Source: an uncultured Thermodesulfobacteriota bacterium
GTDB lineage: Bacteria; Desulfobacterota; WTBG01; CAIYCZ01; CAIRTM01
Length of the DNA: 64,000 nt
Assembly: GCA_964387595.1 (NCBI GenBank)
Contig: CAYLYF010000004.1
Location: forward strand, 2,139 to 66,138
Direction: 5' to 3'
Each line of letters begins with the position of its first letter. The first letter of the stretch is position 1. Below the pieces are notes generated by a model. The model was not told the DNA's origin. It searched no databases and worked only from the letters and a program-made list of their open reading frames with translations. The position numbers were made by a program, and so were the translations under genes. Positions 46,579 through 56,188 of this stretch are shown in pieces.

Positions 46579-46691
46579 AAATTTCAAAGTTCAAATGCCA
46601 AATGAATGACAAAAAAGAAAAAAGGATAAAAGGGTTTGGCCTTGGTGTTTTTCAGTTTTATTTGATATTTTTAATTTGAACTTTGAAATTT
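46579..46691. repeat. Intergenic element with 18 bp inverted repeats built of ~7 bp TCAAA-periodic units
   Basis: AAATTTCAAAGTTCAAAT ... ATTTGAACTTTGAAATTT. Confidence 0.65.
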
Positions 46692-46761
46692 CATTTTAAT
46701 TCATTTAAATCGTTCAATCCGTTCAAACTGTTCTTGAGGCTACAATATTAAAAAAATTGCT

Positions 46762-47151
46762 CTAGTCAAGTCCAAACAGTCTGTTTATCATCTTAATTAT
46801 CACATCTAATACTCTTTTTAACCATCCGGGGTTTTTCAATGTCTCAAGACGGGCCCTGGCATCTTCAAGTTCCTCTTCTGAAAAATCTTTCCGCACCACA
46901 TTTTCTTCGACCTCAAGCTCAAGTTTTTCAATTTCAGATATTTCATCCACGGCCAAAACATCAATAAATCTCCAGCCCAGAGCCTTTGCTGATTCTATTC
47001 TTCTATGTCCGGCAATAAGAAAATTATCTCTGGTAATGACAACCGGGTTCATCAGTCCGTGCTTGCGAAGACTTTCAATCAAAGGCGTTAAATCACCCAG
47101 CTCCTTTCTTATCCGTTTTTTGATCTTTATTTCTTCAATACGTATCTGCAA
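46762..47151 (-). CDS. Stand-alone ParB/Srx N-terminal domain protein
   Basis: LIESLRKHGLMNPVVI, LIAGHRRIES, EENVVRKDF; no HTH. Confidence 0.88.
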   Translation of the reverse strand: MQIRIEEIKIKKRIRKELGDLTPLIESLRKHGLMNPVVITRDNFLIAGHRRIESAKALGWRFIDVLAVDEISEIEKLELEVEENVVRKDFSEEELEDARARLETLKNPGWLKRVLDVIIKMINRLFGLD

Positions 47152-47305
47152 GGTATTTTCCCAAAATTAAATCCTGTCGTAAAAGCAATATAGAATAAAC
47201 GCCTTTGCGTGTCAATAACACACCGGCAGATAGTCCAGATTGCTGTCTTTGAAATGTTCCGGGAAAAAACAGGGGAAAGAAAAATATATTTTTAACAGCT
47301 TAAAA

Positions 47306-47533
47306 TCAAAACCTGTAAACCATGGTGTCCTGATCAGGCAGGTTCTCATCCGCCACAACATCAGAGTCTGCATTATAACTGAAATCATCCTCGTCATAGA
47401 GCTCAGATTCCTGATTCATATTAAAGTCAGCCGCTATTTCGGTAGAATATTCATTGTCCATCCAGACATAATCTTCAGGATTTTCAATTGCTGCACATGC
47501 CAGAAAAACTATTACGATAAGTATTTGTCTCAT
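47306..47533 (-). CDS. Small exported acidic hypothetical protein
   Basis: AAGGAG SD, hydrophobic N-terminus, D/E-rich body. Confidence 0.55.
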   Translation of the reverse strand: MRQILIVIVFLACAAIENPEDYVWMDNEYSTEIAADFNMNQESELYDEDDFSYNADSDVVADENLPDQDTMVYRF

Positions 47534-47795
47534 AATCTTCTCCTTTATATACCTACTATATATTGTAGTACATTTATTAGAACATGCAATATGTTGTGCT
47601 TGTTTTTTTAATAATTTTTAAGGAAACGTTTTAATCATCTTTTGATACCCATAATAGCGCCTGTCTTTGTCATATCAGGTCAAAGGGAATGATTTTTTTT
47701 AATAAGTTGTTGCTATTTCCTATGTTAAATTGATATATATTGATAATATTTTTATTGTTTTTTCTTGTTTAATAATGTCATTAGAAATAGACAAG

Positions 47796-47924
47796 GATGG
47801 CAAATTAAAAAGCTCCAAATTTAAGGCGCGCAAGTCTAAAGGAATGAGGCGTACTTACTGTACGCCGCAAAGACTGAAGATGCAGCGCAACGCAGCCTCG
47901 CCCTGGCGGGATTTAAGAAGCCAT
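47796..47924. repeat. REP/MITE-like palindromic intergenic repeat of the type common in Desulfobacterota
   Basis: GATGGC...AAGGCGCGCAA...GAGGCGTAC-TTACT-GTACGCCGC...TGCAGCGCAACGCAG...GAAGCCAT; family recognised from memory, only one copy in the window. Confidence 0.6.
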
Positions 47925-47942
47925 ATTGTTTAGGAGAAAAAT

Positions 47943-48917
47943 ATGTCCCGCGGAGACCAGCTCGGAAGACAATGGCAGATCATCCAGACCCTCCTTTCTT
48001 CAAAAAGAGGCAAATCTGCAGCAGAAATATCAGATGAACTTGAATGTAACCTGCGCACAGTCTACCGTGATCTTGAGGCCCTTCAGATCGCGGGATTTCC
48101 GATCTGCAATGAAAGAGAAGACGGAAAAAACCTATGGTCACTTCTTGATACAGTTAAACAAAGCATCCCCATTCCCTTCACCCTGACAGAACTGATGGCC
48201 CTGTATTTCAGCCGCGACCTGCTCCGGACCCTCCAGGACACACTGTTCTATGATTCTCTTGAATCTCTTTTTAAAAAAATAAAAACAACGCTTCCGCCCG
48301 ATTCAGAAGAGTTTCTGAAAAATGTCCAAAAAACCCTTTATGTCAGCCAAAAGCAGTACAAAGAATACGGCAGATCAAAGGGAACCATAAACACGGTAAA
48401 TGATGCGGCCATCCGAAAAAAATCAATTGAGATCGATTATTATTCAATGAGCCATAAAAAAGAGAGCACCCGCAAAGTCGACCCTTACAGAATATGGTTT
48501 TTTAACGGGACCTTCTATTTGATCGCATACTGTCATCAGCGTAAAGAAACACGGATCTTTGCCCTTGACCGCATAAAATCCGTACAAATGACAAATGAAA
48601 ATTTTATTGTTCCGGACGACTTTGATCTGGAAGACTTTATGAAACCGAGCTTCGGCATATTTAAAGGAAAACCGGAAAATGTGAAAATATGGTTTGACAC
48701 TGACGCAGCCGGTTATATCAACGAGAAGGTCTGGCATGAAACGCAACAAATAACAGAAAACAAAGACGGGTCCATCATCTTTGAAGCAGAAATCGCCGTA
48801 ACAGAAGAAATAAAAACATGGGTGTTAAGCTGGGGATCAAAAGCCGCAGTCCTAAAACCGGAGTCATTAAAAAAAGAGATGCTGACTGAGATAAAAAAAA
48901 TGGCGGGTAAATATTAA
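47943..48917 (+). CDS. HTH-WYL-WCX transcriptional regulator (YafY/PafBC-like)
   Basis: AEISDELECNLRTVYRDLEAL, RKVDPY, FYLIAYCH, RIFALDRI, WVLSWG. Confidence 0.94.
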   Translation: MSRGDQLGRQWQIIQTLLSSKRGKSAAEISDELECNLRTVYRDLEALQIAGFPICNEREDGKNLWSLLDTVKQSIPIPFTLTELMALYFSRDLLRTLQDTLFYDSLESLFKKIKTTLPPDSEEFLKNVQKTLYVSQKQYKEYGRSKGTINTVNDAAIRKKSIEIDYYSMSHKKESTRKVDPYRIWFFNGTFYLIAYCHQRKETRIFALDRIKSVQMTNENFIVPDDFDLEDFMKPSFGIFKGKPENVKIWFDTDAAGYINEKVWHETQQITENKDGSIIFEAEIAVTEEIKTWVLSWGSKAAVLKPESLKKEMLTEIKKMAGKY

Positions 48918-49184
48918 AAACCGGTTTTAATAACTTTCAAAGTATGGCATGGACCAGTAGTTTTGGATGACCCGCCCCACTTAGCTGTACCAATATTTGT
49001 GAGAGAGCATTTGCTGATTTAGCAGACTTATTAAAATAATTGCTTGCAAAAACAAGTTTGAGGAAACTATATTTATCAAACAAAAAATATTTTAAAAACT
49101 TTAAATACAGCTATTTAGCTTAAATCAACTTAAAAACACCCTTGCCGGGTAAAAATTAATCATTAAAATAATCAAGTAGATATA

Positions 49185-49799
49185 ATGCTTATTCTTCTTT
49201 TTGCCATATTAATATATTTCTACGGCGCTTTGCCTTATGCCTACATTGCAACGTATCTTTTAAAAAAAAGAAACCTTGCTTACGAGGGCTCCGGCAATAT
49301 AGGTGTTACAAACGCATTTAAAATTGGCGGTACAAGCGTGGGCATTATTACGGTGCTGGGCGAAATCTCCAAGGCAATTATTCCAATCCTTGCTTCAAGC
49401 TATTTCTTTGAGAGTAATATAAAAATAACGCTTCTTTTTATATACCTTTCATTTCTCGGGACAAGTTTTTCAATATTTTTAAAAGGCAGAGGCGGTAAAG
49501 GCAGTACCGTAACCATTTGGAGCCTGATGATTTTATCACCAAAGGCCTGTGTCATCATGTTAATTATCTGGACAACACTTGTTCTTTTCTCAAAAAATAA
49601 TCCTGTGATAAAAACAATCCCTCTTTTTTTGATTCCAATTATATTCTATATCTTTGAAAAAGATATTTACTTTACTGTTTTTTGTGTTTTATTCAGTATT
49701 ACAACATTTATAAACAATAGAATAAAAATGGATGACTATAAATTTTATAAAATTTTTAATAATAACCCGTTAAGCAAGAAGCATACGAATGGCACATAA
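49185..49799 (+). CDS. PlsY-like glycerol-3-phosphate acyltransferase family
   Basis: GSGNIGVTN, EISKA, SIFLKGRGGKG; multiple TM segments; lacks the usual GH and C-terminal HxxNI motifs. Confidence 0.8.
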   Translation: MLILLFAILIYFYGALPYAYIATYLLKKRNLAYEGSGNIGVTNAFKIGGTSVGIITVLGEISKAIIPILASSYFFESNIKITLLFIYLSFLGTSFSIFLKGRGGKGSTVTIWSLMILSPKACVIMLIIWTTLVLFSKNNPVIKTIPLFLIPIIFYIFEKDIYFTVFCVLFSITTFINNRIKMDDYKFYKIFNNNPLSKKHTNGT

Positions 49800-52143
49800 T
49801 TATATTTTAAAACTGAGCGACTGCAGCCCGCAATCACCCATCGGCAATAAAGCCCGTTCTCTTCTTTCTCTGGATACTCTTCATTACAAAGTTCCTGACA
49901 CTTATATCTGTACTTTTGATGCCTACAAATCCTTTTTATTAAACCCTGCAGAAACAGAAAAAGTAATTCAAGAAGAATTGGCCGGCATCCTAAACAGTCA
50001 AACAACTTATGCCGTACGCTCTTCATCAAGCCTGGAAGATGGCCGCACCTATTCGTACGCAGGTCTTTTCACCACCGTTCTAAACGTGGAAGGTATAGCT
50101 TCAATATGGACTTCAGTCAAATCTGTCTGGGAAACAGCTGATTCTGAAACCGTTAGATCTTACATCCAAAAAATAGGCCGGAACAAAAAAAAATTTTCAA
50201 TGACTGTCATTATTCAGGAGATGATACCGGCAGAATTCTCAGGGGTTGTATTTACACAAAATCCTTTAACAGGCAAAAACGAAACAGTCATTGAAGTCAT
50301 CAAAGGAACCGGCGACAACCTCGTTCAGAATGGTTTTACTCCTTTTCGATGGAGACTGGACAAGGACGGAATCCTTGAAGAACCCGAACAGAATCTTGTT
50401 TCTAAAGAAACCATATCAATAATTTTTGAACAGACAAATAAATTATCCCGCCAGATTGATAAGCCTCTTGATCTGGAATGGTGTTTTAGTAAAGGATCTT
50501 TATTTTGGCTTCAAATGAGAGAAATAACTGCGATACAGAACACAGATGTTTACACAAACCACTTCTCAAAAGAGTTTCTTCCCGGAATAATAAAACCGTT
50601 GGTATGGTCGATCAGTGTACCGCAGATAAACAAGGCTTGGGTTAAAGTTCTGACTGAGATAATGGGAAAAAATAATCTTGATTATAAACGCTTATCAAAA
50701 TCATTTTATTACCATGCCTATTTTAATACGGGAGTATTAGAAATTATTTTTAAAAAGCTTGGTTTTCCTTCAAAAATACTGGATACGCTTATAATCGGTA
50801 ATACAAAATTTTCAGAAGGAATATCTTACAAGCCCACATTAAGAACACTCCGCTTTGCCCCTCGGATGATATTCTTCCTGTTGGATAAACTTAATATTTA
50901 TAAAAGACTGAGCCTTTTTTTAAAAAAAATTGAAGAAGAGGTTTATGAGATCAAAAAAAATGATTTTAGCACGCTTACAGACAAACAACTTTTAGAACAA
51001 ATTGAGGGGCTGTTATTAAAGACTGATCAGCTAAGTTACTATTATCTTTTAGCACCCTTTATTCTTTATTTTTCAAGTTATTTTCTCAGAAAAAGCATTG
51101 GCACAAAAAACCCAGACTTCGTTCACTTTGACGGTTCAGAAATAAACAGTCTTGAGAATTATGATCCGAATATATATATGATCAAACTAAGTAAACAATT
51201 TAAAAAACTGAATATTAACACCCAGAATACACTTAAAGAGACATCCTATGAAGACTTTTGTTCTATGAAGGGAGTTGAATCTTTTAAATCAGGTGTAAAT
51301 AATTTTCTCGAACGTTTTGGTCATTTTAGCGATAGCGGTACTGACTTTTCTTTTAAACCCTGGAAAGAAACGCCAACTTTATTGCTTCACATTATTACAG
51401 ATTATCAATCCAAAATCCAAAATCCGCGCAATCCGTACAATACGTTAATAAAAACGCTGCCATTTTTCAAAAGAGGAGTAATTAAAATAATCCTAAAAAA
51501 AGTTAAAAAGGCCAGAGAATACAAAGAAAAGACGAGTTATATACACACCTATAGTTACGGCATATTAAGGGATCTTTTTATTCAGCTTGGAAACAGTTAT
51601 CAAAAAAAAGATTTTCTCAATAATAAAGAGGATATATTCCTCTTATATTTTGATGAAATTATGGAAATTGCAGAGAGAAAATCTTTAGGTGAAAACATCC
51701 GAGATAAGATCAAAAAAAGGAAAGAAGACATTTGTCGATATAAAAATATGAATTTGCCAAGCATTATATTTGGCGAACAGGAACCCCCGCCTGAACTTTC
51801 TAAAAATATTGATTTTAGTGGAATTGCCACATCCTGTGGATATTGCAGCGGTTATATAAAAGTAGTAAAAGGTATAAGTGAATATGATAAGATGAATCAG
51901 GGAGACATACTGGTTATTCCCTATTCGGACATTGGGCTGGCGCCATTGTTTTCTAAGGCTGGAGCTGTCATTTCTGAATCAGGCGGAATTCTTTCCCATT
52001 GTTCAATCATAGCCCGGGAGTATAAAATTCCTGCAATAACATCAGTAGAAAGAGCCTGTTCCTTGGAAGATAATACCTTTGTAATCGTTGATGGCTATAA
52101 AGGTGAAGTAAGAATAAGTGAATGTCCTGAAAAAGTTAACTAA
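49789..52143 (+). CDS. PEP-utilizing dikinase-like enzyme (ATP-grasp, central domain, His swivel; rifampin phosphotransferase architecture)
   Basis: IGNKA, AVRSSSSLED, SYAGLF, IIQEM, SGVVFT, DLEW, LQMREIT; C-terminal GGILSHCSIIAREYKIP. Confidence 0.88.
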   Translation: MAHNYILKLSDCSPQSPIGNKARSLLSLDTLHYKVPDTYICTFDAYKSFLLNPAETEKVIQEELAGILNSQTTYAVRSSSSLEDGRTYSYAGLFTTVLNVEGIASIWTSVKSVWETADSETVRSYIQKIGRNKKKFSMTVIIQEMIPAEFSGVVFTQNPLTGKNETVIEVIKGTGDNLVQNGFTPFRWRLDKDGILEEPEQNLVSKETISIIFEQTNKLSRQIDKPLDLEWCFSKGSLFWLQMREITAIQNTDVYTNHFSKEFLPGIIKPLVWSISVPQINKAWVKVLTEIMGKNNLDYKRLSKSFYYHAYFNTGVLEIIFKKLGFPSKILDTLIIGNTKFSEGISYKPTLRTLRFAPRMIFFLLDKLNIYKRLSLFLKKIEEEVYEIKKNDFSTLTDKQLLEQIEGLLLKTDQLSYYYLLAPFILYFSSYFLRKSIGTKNPDFVHFDGSEINSLENYDPNIYMIKLSKQFKKLNINTQNTLKETSYEDFCSMKGVESFKSGVNNFLERFGHFSDSGTDFSFKPWKETPTLLLHIITDYQSKIQNPRNPYNTLIKTLPFFKRGVIKIILKKVKKAREYKEKTSYIHTYSYGILRDLFIQLGNSYQKKDFLNNKEDIFLLYFDEIMEIAERKSLGENIRDKIKKRKEDICRYKNMNLPSIIFGEQEPPPELSKNIDFSGIATSCGYCSGYIKVVKGISEYDKMNQGDILVIPYSDIGLAPLFSKAGAVISESGGILSHCSIIAREYKIPAITSVERACSLEDNTFVIVDGYKGEVRISECPEKVN

Positions 52144-52154
52144 AAAGTGGCTTA

Positions 52155-52892
52155 TTGCAAAACAGAGAACTATCCATGCCTACAAGAATAATTATTAACG
52201 TACCAATCCTTGTTTTTTCTTTATTTTTGTCTTGCTTCATATTCTACAGTATAAGCTGGGCTGGTTTTCAGTTTCTTGACCCGGAAATACCCAATGGAGA
52301 GACAATCACCTACAGCAGTCGAAGCGATGGAAAAACCATCACGGTTAAAGAACAGATCACTCATATCAGGGACGGGCAAAACAACTTATACGAGATTGCT
52401 TCAGTATCGCCCGTACTGGACACCTATATCCGCGTGAACAGAAAAGATATGACCGTTAGCTCTGTTCAAACCATCCAAAAATATGATGCCGCAACCCTGG
52501 ATTCAAAACTTATTGTAAAAAATTCGAAAGCCAATCCAGATAATGACGCTATTAAAATTCCCCACTTTGTTGCCTTAAGCCATTTGTTAAGAGGCTTCCC
52601 CTTCGAGTCAAAAGAAAAATTACAGATTAATTATTTCGGCGGCAGCGGCAGTAAAAAATTCATGCTCTGTGTCCGTAATAAACACCGCAAGACCATTCAG
52701 GTTATGGGTAAAAAGATCGAATGCTACAAACTTGAATTTGGTCTGGCCGGCTTCCTGTGGGCTGTTCTGCCTGAACTTGAATTGTGGTACAGCGTTGAGC
52801 CGCCCCACTATATGGTCAGATACAAAGGCCCGGAAGGTCCGCCAGGAACACCCAAGCGTTTTATTGAGATAATCGATTATCAAGCACCCTGA
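52155..52892 (+). CDS. Exported hypothetical protein (possibly DUF3108-like)
   Basis: Signal peptide; beta-rich; IQVMGKKIECYKL and LWYS..PPH motifs. Confidence 0.6.
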   Translation: MQNRELSMPTRIIINVPILVFSLFLSCFIFYSISWAGFQFLDPEIPNGETITYSSRSDGKTITVKEQITHIRDGQNNLYEIASVSPVLDTYIRVNRKDMTVSSVQTIQKYDAATLDSKLIVKNSKANPDNDAIKIPHFVALSHLLRGFPFESKEKLQINYFGGSGSKKFMLCVRNKHRKTIQVMGKKIECYKLEFGLAGFLWAVLPELELWYSVEPPHYMVRYKGPEGPPGTPKRFIEIIDYQAP

Positions 52893-52975
52893 AAACATCA
52901 CCGGGTGTCCCCATTCTCAGAAACGGGGATAAATAATTTTAGGGTTATAATCTTTAAATCGTAAAGGAGACCCTT

Positions 52976-53365
52976 ATGAGTGTTTGGTATGCAGATCTAA
53001 TTAAGCCCCCTTTTAATCCCCCAAACTGGGTTTTCGGTCCGGTTTGGACAATTTTATACATCATGATTGCCTGTTCAATCATTTTATACTTAAAAACACC
53101 CTCTAAACATTTGCCGACGCTCACCATCATTATTCTTTTATCCCACCTCATCTTAAATTTTATCTGGATGCCCCTCTTTTTCAGGCTAAATTCTCTGCTG
53201 CTCTCCTTGATCGATATCCTTGTTTTAGACCTGACACTCATCGTTATCATCTTTCTTTTTTGGAAAACCTCCATGGCAGCTGCTGCATTTTTAATTCCTT
53301 ACTTTCTATGGATTTGTCTCGCGACCTATTTAAACGCAGGTATTTTTCTGCTGAACAGACAATAA
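52976..53365 (+). CDS. tspO: TspO/MBR tryptophan-rich sensory protein
   Basis: WYADLIKPPFNPPNWVFGPVWTILY, LNFIW, IPYFLWICLATYLN. Confidence 0.93.
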   Translation: MSVWYADLIKPPFNPPNWVFGPVWTILYIMIACSIILYLKTPSKHLPTLTIIILLSHLILNFIWMPLFFRLNSLLLSLIDILVLDLTLIVIIFLFWKTSMAAAAFLIPYFLWICLATYLNAGIFLLNRQ

Positions 53366-53419
53366 TTTTTTTGCTAACTGGTAAATAATTCAGATATTAA
53401 TTTTAAAAAGAAGAATGTT

Positions 53420-53992
53420 ATGAATAAAATACTATTGCAAATATTAATTTTTATTTTTATAGGGAATACAGCAATGGCTGAACAAAAGGATAAAGTCATT
53501 TATGATTTTACTAAAGAAAAAGACCTTGCAGAATGGCAGGGAATTAATGACACCGTTATGGGCGGCATCTCCCAAAACCGAATGAAACAGTGCGGAGAAG
53601 CACTTGTATGTTTTTCTGGAAATATCTCTCTGGAGAATTTTGGAGGGTTCTGTTCTGCAAGCTCTCTGCCGACACGGACACATGACCTCAGCGATTTTAA
53701 AGGCATTAAGATAAGGCTTAAAGGCGACGGTAAAAAATACAAGGCAACAGTGAAGAATGACGCTTCATTCAGCGGTTTTGTGTACCAGTTTGAATTTAAG
53801 ACTGAAGCGGGGTAATGCAGCGACGTCATTGCCCCCTTCAATAAATTTATACCGGTCTTCAGGGGAGTTGTTCAGGATAGTACAGACAAATTGAAGAATG
53901 GTAAAATAAAGACGTTTGGTTTCCTGATAGCAGACAAGCAGGAAGGGGCTTTTCGTCTGGAAATTGATAATATCAAGGCTTATTTAAAATAG
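53420..53992 (+). pseudogene. CIA30 family protein interrupted by an in-frame TAA (53813-53815)
   Basis: WQGINDTVMGGIS, ENFGGF, KGDGKKY before the stop; the same frame continues PFNKFIPVFRG...GFLIADKQEGAFRLEI to TAG 53992. Confidence 0.85.
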
Positions 53993-54115
53993 ATCGAAAA
54001 ACGCTGTTTGCTTCTGTATTTAAGGCTGTTTGCAGTCAACCCTTCCTCATCCGTTCCGCCTTCTGGACCGGTTATGATTGTAGAACAAAATCCGTTTTTG
54101 ATAAACAAAACCGGT

Positions 54116-54550
54116 TCAGGGCTTTATTCTTTCCCAATCCGCAATCGGACCTTCAACGAGTTTAAAAAAAGGATGTGCATCAGGGGTGTTAATAGAATAA
54201 TATTTTTTATATAACTCGGGATCCCGTATCTTCAGTTTATTCAACAGGTGCATCCATTCATATTTGATTTGACCGGTGGTCAGTTCGATTTTTCCTCGTG
54301 TACCGGGACCTTCAATTTTGGTCCGGTTAAAATGATATCTCCGGCTTTGGGCCTCAGCAAAAACACCCGTAAGATATGATCTCAAATAGCGAACAGGATC
54401 AGGCCTTTTTCTGAAACGGATTAACTGCGGATGGTGACAATATGCATTGGTTTGGCCAGATAAAACCTTTACGGCCAGCAAACCTTCACGCCAGAGAGCC
54501 ACCAAACCTTTAGCGTCTAAATAGCAGGGATGCAATGACCAGAGTCTCAT
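54116..54550 (-). CDS. Pyrimidine dimer DNA glycosylase/endonuclease V family
   Basis: MRLWSLHPCYLDAKGLVALWREGLLA, HPQLIRF. Confidence 0.9.
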   Translation of the reverse strand: MRLWSLHPCYLDAKGLVALWREGLLAVKVLSGQTNAYCHHPQLIRFRKRPDPVRYLRSYLTGVFAEAQSRRYHFNRTKIEGPGTRGKIELTTGQIKYEWMHLLNKLKIRDPELYKKYYSINTPDAHPFFKLVEGPIADWERIKP

Positions 54551-54652
54551 GTCTGTTACTCCGGGTAATGTGTTCAATTAATCGTTCAGTTTTAACTGAC
54601 AGCAGTTATCATATTACAAAAAATCTATATATTTATTTGGGAAAAAATGGAA

Positions 54653-54772
54653 GTAACAGAAGAAATTAATACATGGGTGCTAAGCTGGAGATCGAAAACC
54701 GGCAGTCCTAAAACCGGGGTCATTTAAAAAAGAGATGCTAACAAAGATAAAAAAATGCTTGGAAAATATTAG
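54653..54772 (+). pseudogene. Degenerate direct copy of the last 120 bp of the WYL gene (48798-48917)
   Basis: GTAACAGAAGAAAT...ACATGGGTG.TAAGCTGG...GCAGTCCTAAAACCGG.GTCATT...AAAGAGATGCT...AAATATTAG, with indels. Confidence 0.88.
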
Positions 54773-54844
54773 CCTATCATCTTAAGTTTTCATACTCCGT
54801 TTGACTCTGCACCCGGGTTCAGTATATTCAAGAATCGCTTCCAA

Positions 54845-55390
54845 TCAACCCTCGTCAACAGGTGCCAGACCGGTACGTAACAATCTGCCGGTATCATGCC
54901 CCTGCTCTTTCAGACGCATAAGAATTTTGCTGTAAAGATCATCTTCCATCTCCGGCGTTCGTGAAAGGATCCAAAGATATTTATGTCTCGGATGACCGAC
55001 CACCGCCCATTGATAATCTTTGTCCAGCTGTATGATCCAGTAATTCCCGCTGAACGGCCAGAAAAACTGTACCTTGAGCTTGGCATTTGTTTTTTTATCA
55101 ACCACCCAGGCTTTCCCTGAAGCTGATTTCTCCTTACCGTCAGCCGTCCGGATACGGGCTTTATTCAGTACTTTTATCTTTCCATCCTCCCGCAGCGAAT
55201 AGGTCGCTGTTGTTGCAGTACAGTTCTTCTGGAAATTGTTTGGATAACGTGCGATCTCATACCAGGTTCCGATATATTTGTTTAAATCGACGGAGGGAAC
55301 GACTTCCGGCGTATTTTTCATCATATCATCCTTTCCCGCACACGAAGTAAGAAGGATTAAAAGCAAAATAACTGTTTTTTTCATGGCCAT
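54845..55390 (-). CDS. blc: Bacterial lipocalin lipoprotein
   Basis: Lipobox LTSC, YIGTWYEIARYP, LKVQFFWPF, YLWILSRTP. Confidence 0.93.
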   Translation of the reverse strand: MAMKKTVILLLILLTSCAGKDDMMKNTPEVVPSVDLNKYIGTWYEIARYPNNFQKNCTATTATYSLREDGKIKVLNKARIRTADGKEKSASGKAWVVDKKTNAKLKVQFFWPFSGNYWIIQLDKDYQWAVVGHPRHKYLWILSRTPEMEDDLYSKILMRLKEQGHDTGRLLRTGLAPVDEG

Positions 55391-55441
55391 ACCAGTATTG
55401 ATCTTAGATTAGTTCTGACAGCTAAAAACTTTCTCCGGCAA

Positions 55442-56068
55442 TTACTGCGCAAGTTTTTCTGCAGCAGCAGAAAGTTCCTGAATCGCTTCGGCAGTAGCAA
55501 AACCCTCACCCTGCCAGCGGATAATCCCCGCTTTATCAAGCAGAAAGGCATGTCCCTTTTGCGGGTCAAGATTCAGCGCCGCCGTATATTTCTCAACATC
55601 ACCATACATGGTCATCACATGCTTATGCTTAAATTCTGGAATGCCGGCCCGCATCCCGCCGTCAATAACAACTTTCATAAACTTATAGCCCGATGAGATC
55701 ATGGGCACCTCATAAAACATAAATCCGTCCCGTTTACCAAAAGTCTCATAAAAAGGATTCAGCCAGGAATCCAGCTGCGGCTGACTCTCCCGCAAAAAGG
55801 CAACCCCCACAAGGGTTACCTTGCCTTTTGCGTCAACGGGCAGTGTTGCAGGCTTATTCTCAAGTGTCTTTGCACTTATCTCAGGAAAAATTTTACCAAT
55901 ATTTGCCTGTTTTTTATCTGTCATGACATATACCCTCTTTTTCTCCTGTTTTTTATCATTTACCTTTTGCGCATAAGCACTTCCGGCACCTGCCGTAAGC
56001 AGCAGCACTATTCCCAAAACACATATAATATAAGTAGTATCTTCTGCTTTAAAGGAATCATTTTTCAT
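55442..56068 (-). CDS. Exported ATP10-like thioredoxin-fold protein
   Basis: KVTLVGVAF..SQPQLDSW..PF, GMRAGIP, FLLDKAGIIRWQGEG. Confidence 0.7.
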   Translation of the reverse strand: MKNDSFKAEDTTYIICVLGIVLLLTAGAGSAYAQKVNDKKQEKKRVYVMTDKKQANIGKIFPEISAKTLENKPATLPVDAKGKVTLVGVAFLRESQPQLDSWLNPFYETFGKRDGFMFYEVPMISSGYKFMKVVIDGGMRAGIPEFKHKHVMTMYGDVEKYTAALNLDPQKGHAFLLDKAGIIRWQGEGFATAEAIQELSAAAEKLAQ

Positions 56069-56135
56069 TGAAAAACTCCTAAACTATTTAATTTTTTCAG
56101 ATCAAAGATATGCCTGTACCTGCGCATTAAACATA

Positions 56136-56167
56136 AGAGGGGCCCTATATTTCTATAGAGCCCCTCT
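56136..56167 (-). terminator. Hairpin, probable terminator after the cytochrome gene
   Basis: AGAGGGGC...GCCCCTCT stem. Confidence 0.5.
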
Positions 56168-56188
56168 ATCATGCTAAATCATATCAAT

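Noticed and set aside
47943-54772. WYL regulator as marker of an anti-phage defence island
   Set aside because: No nuclease, ATPase, toxin or other defence gene is recognisable among the neighbours.
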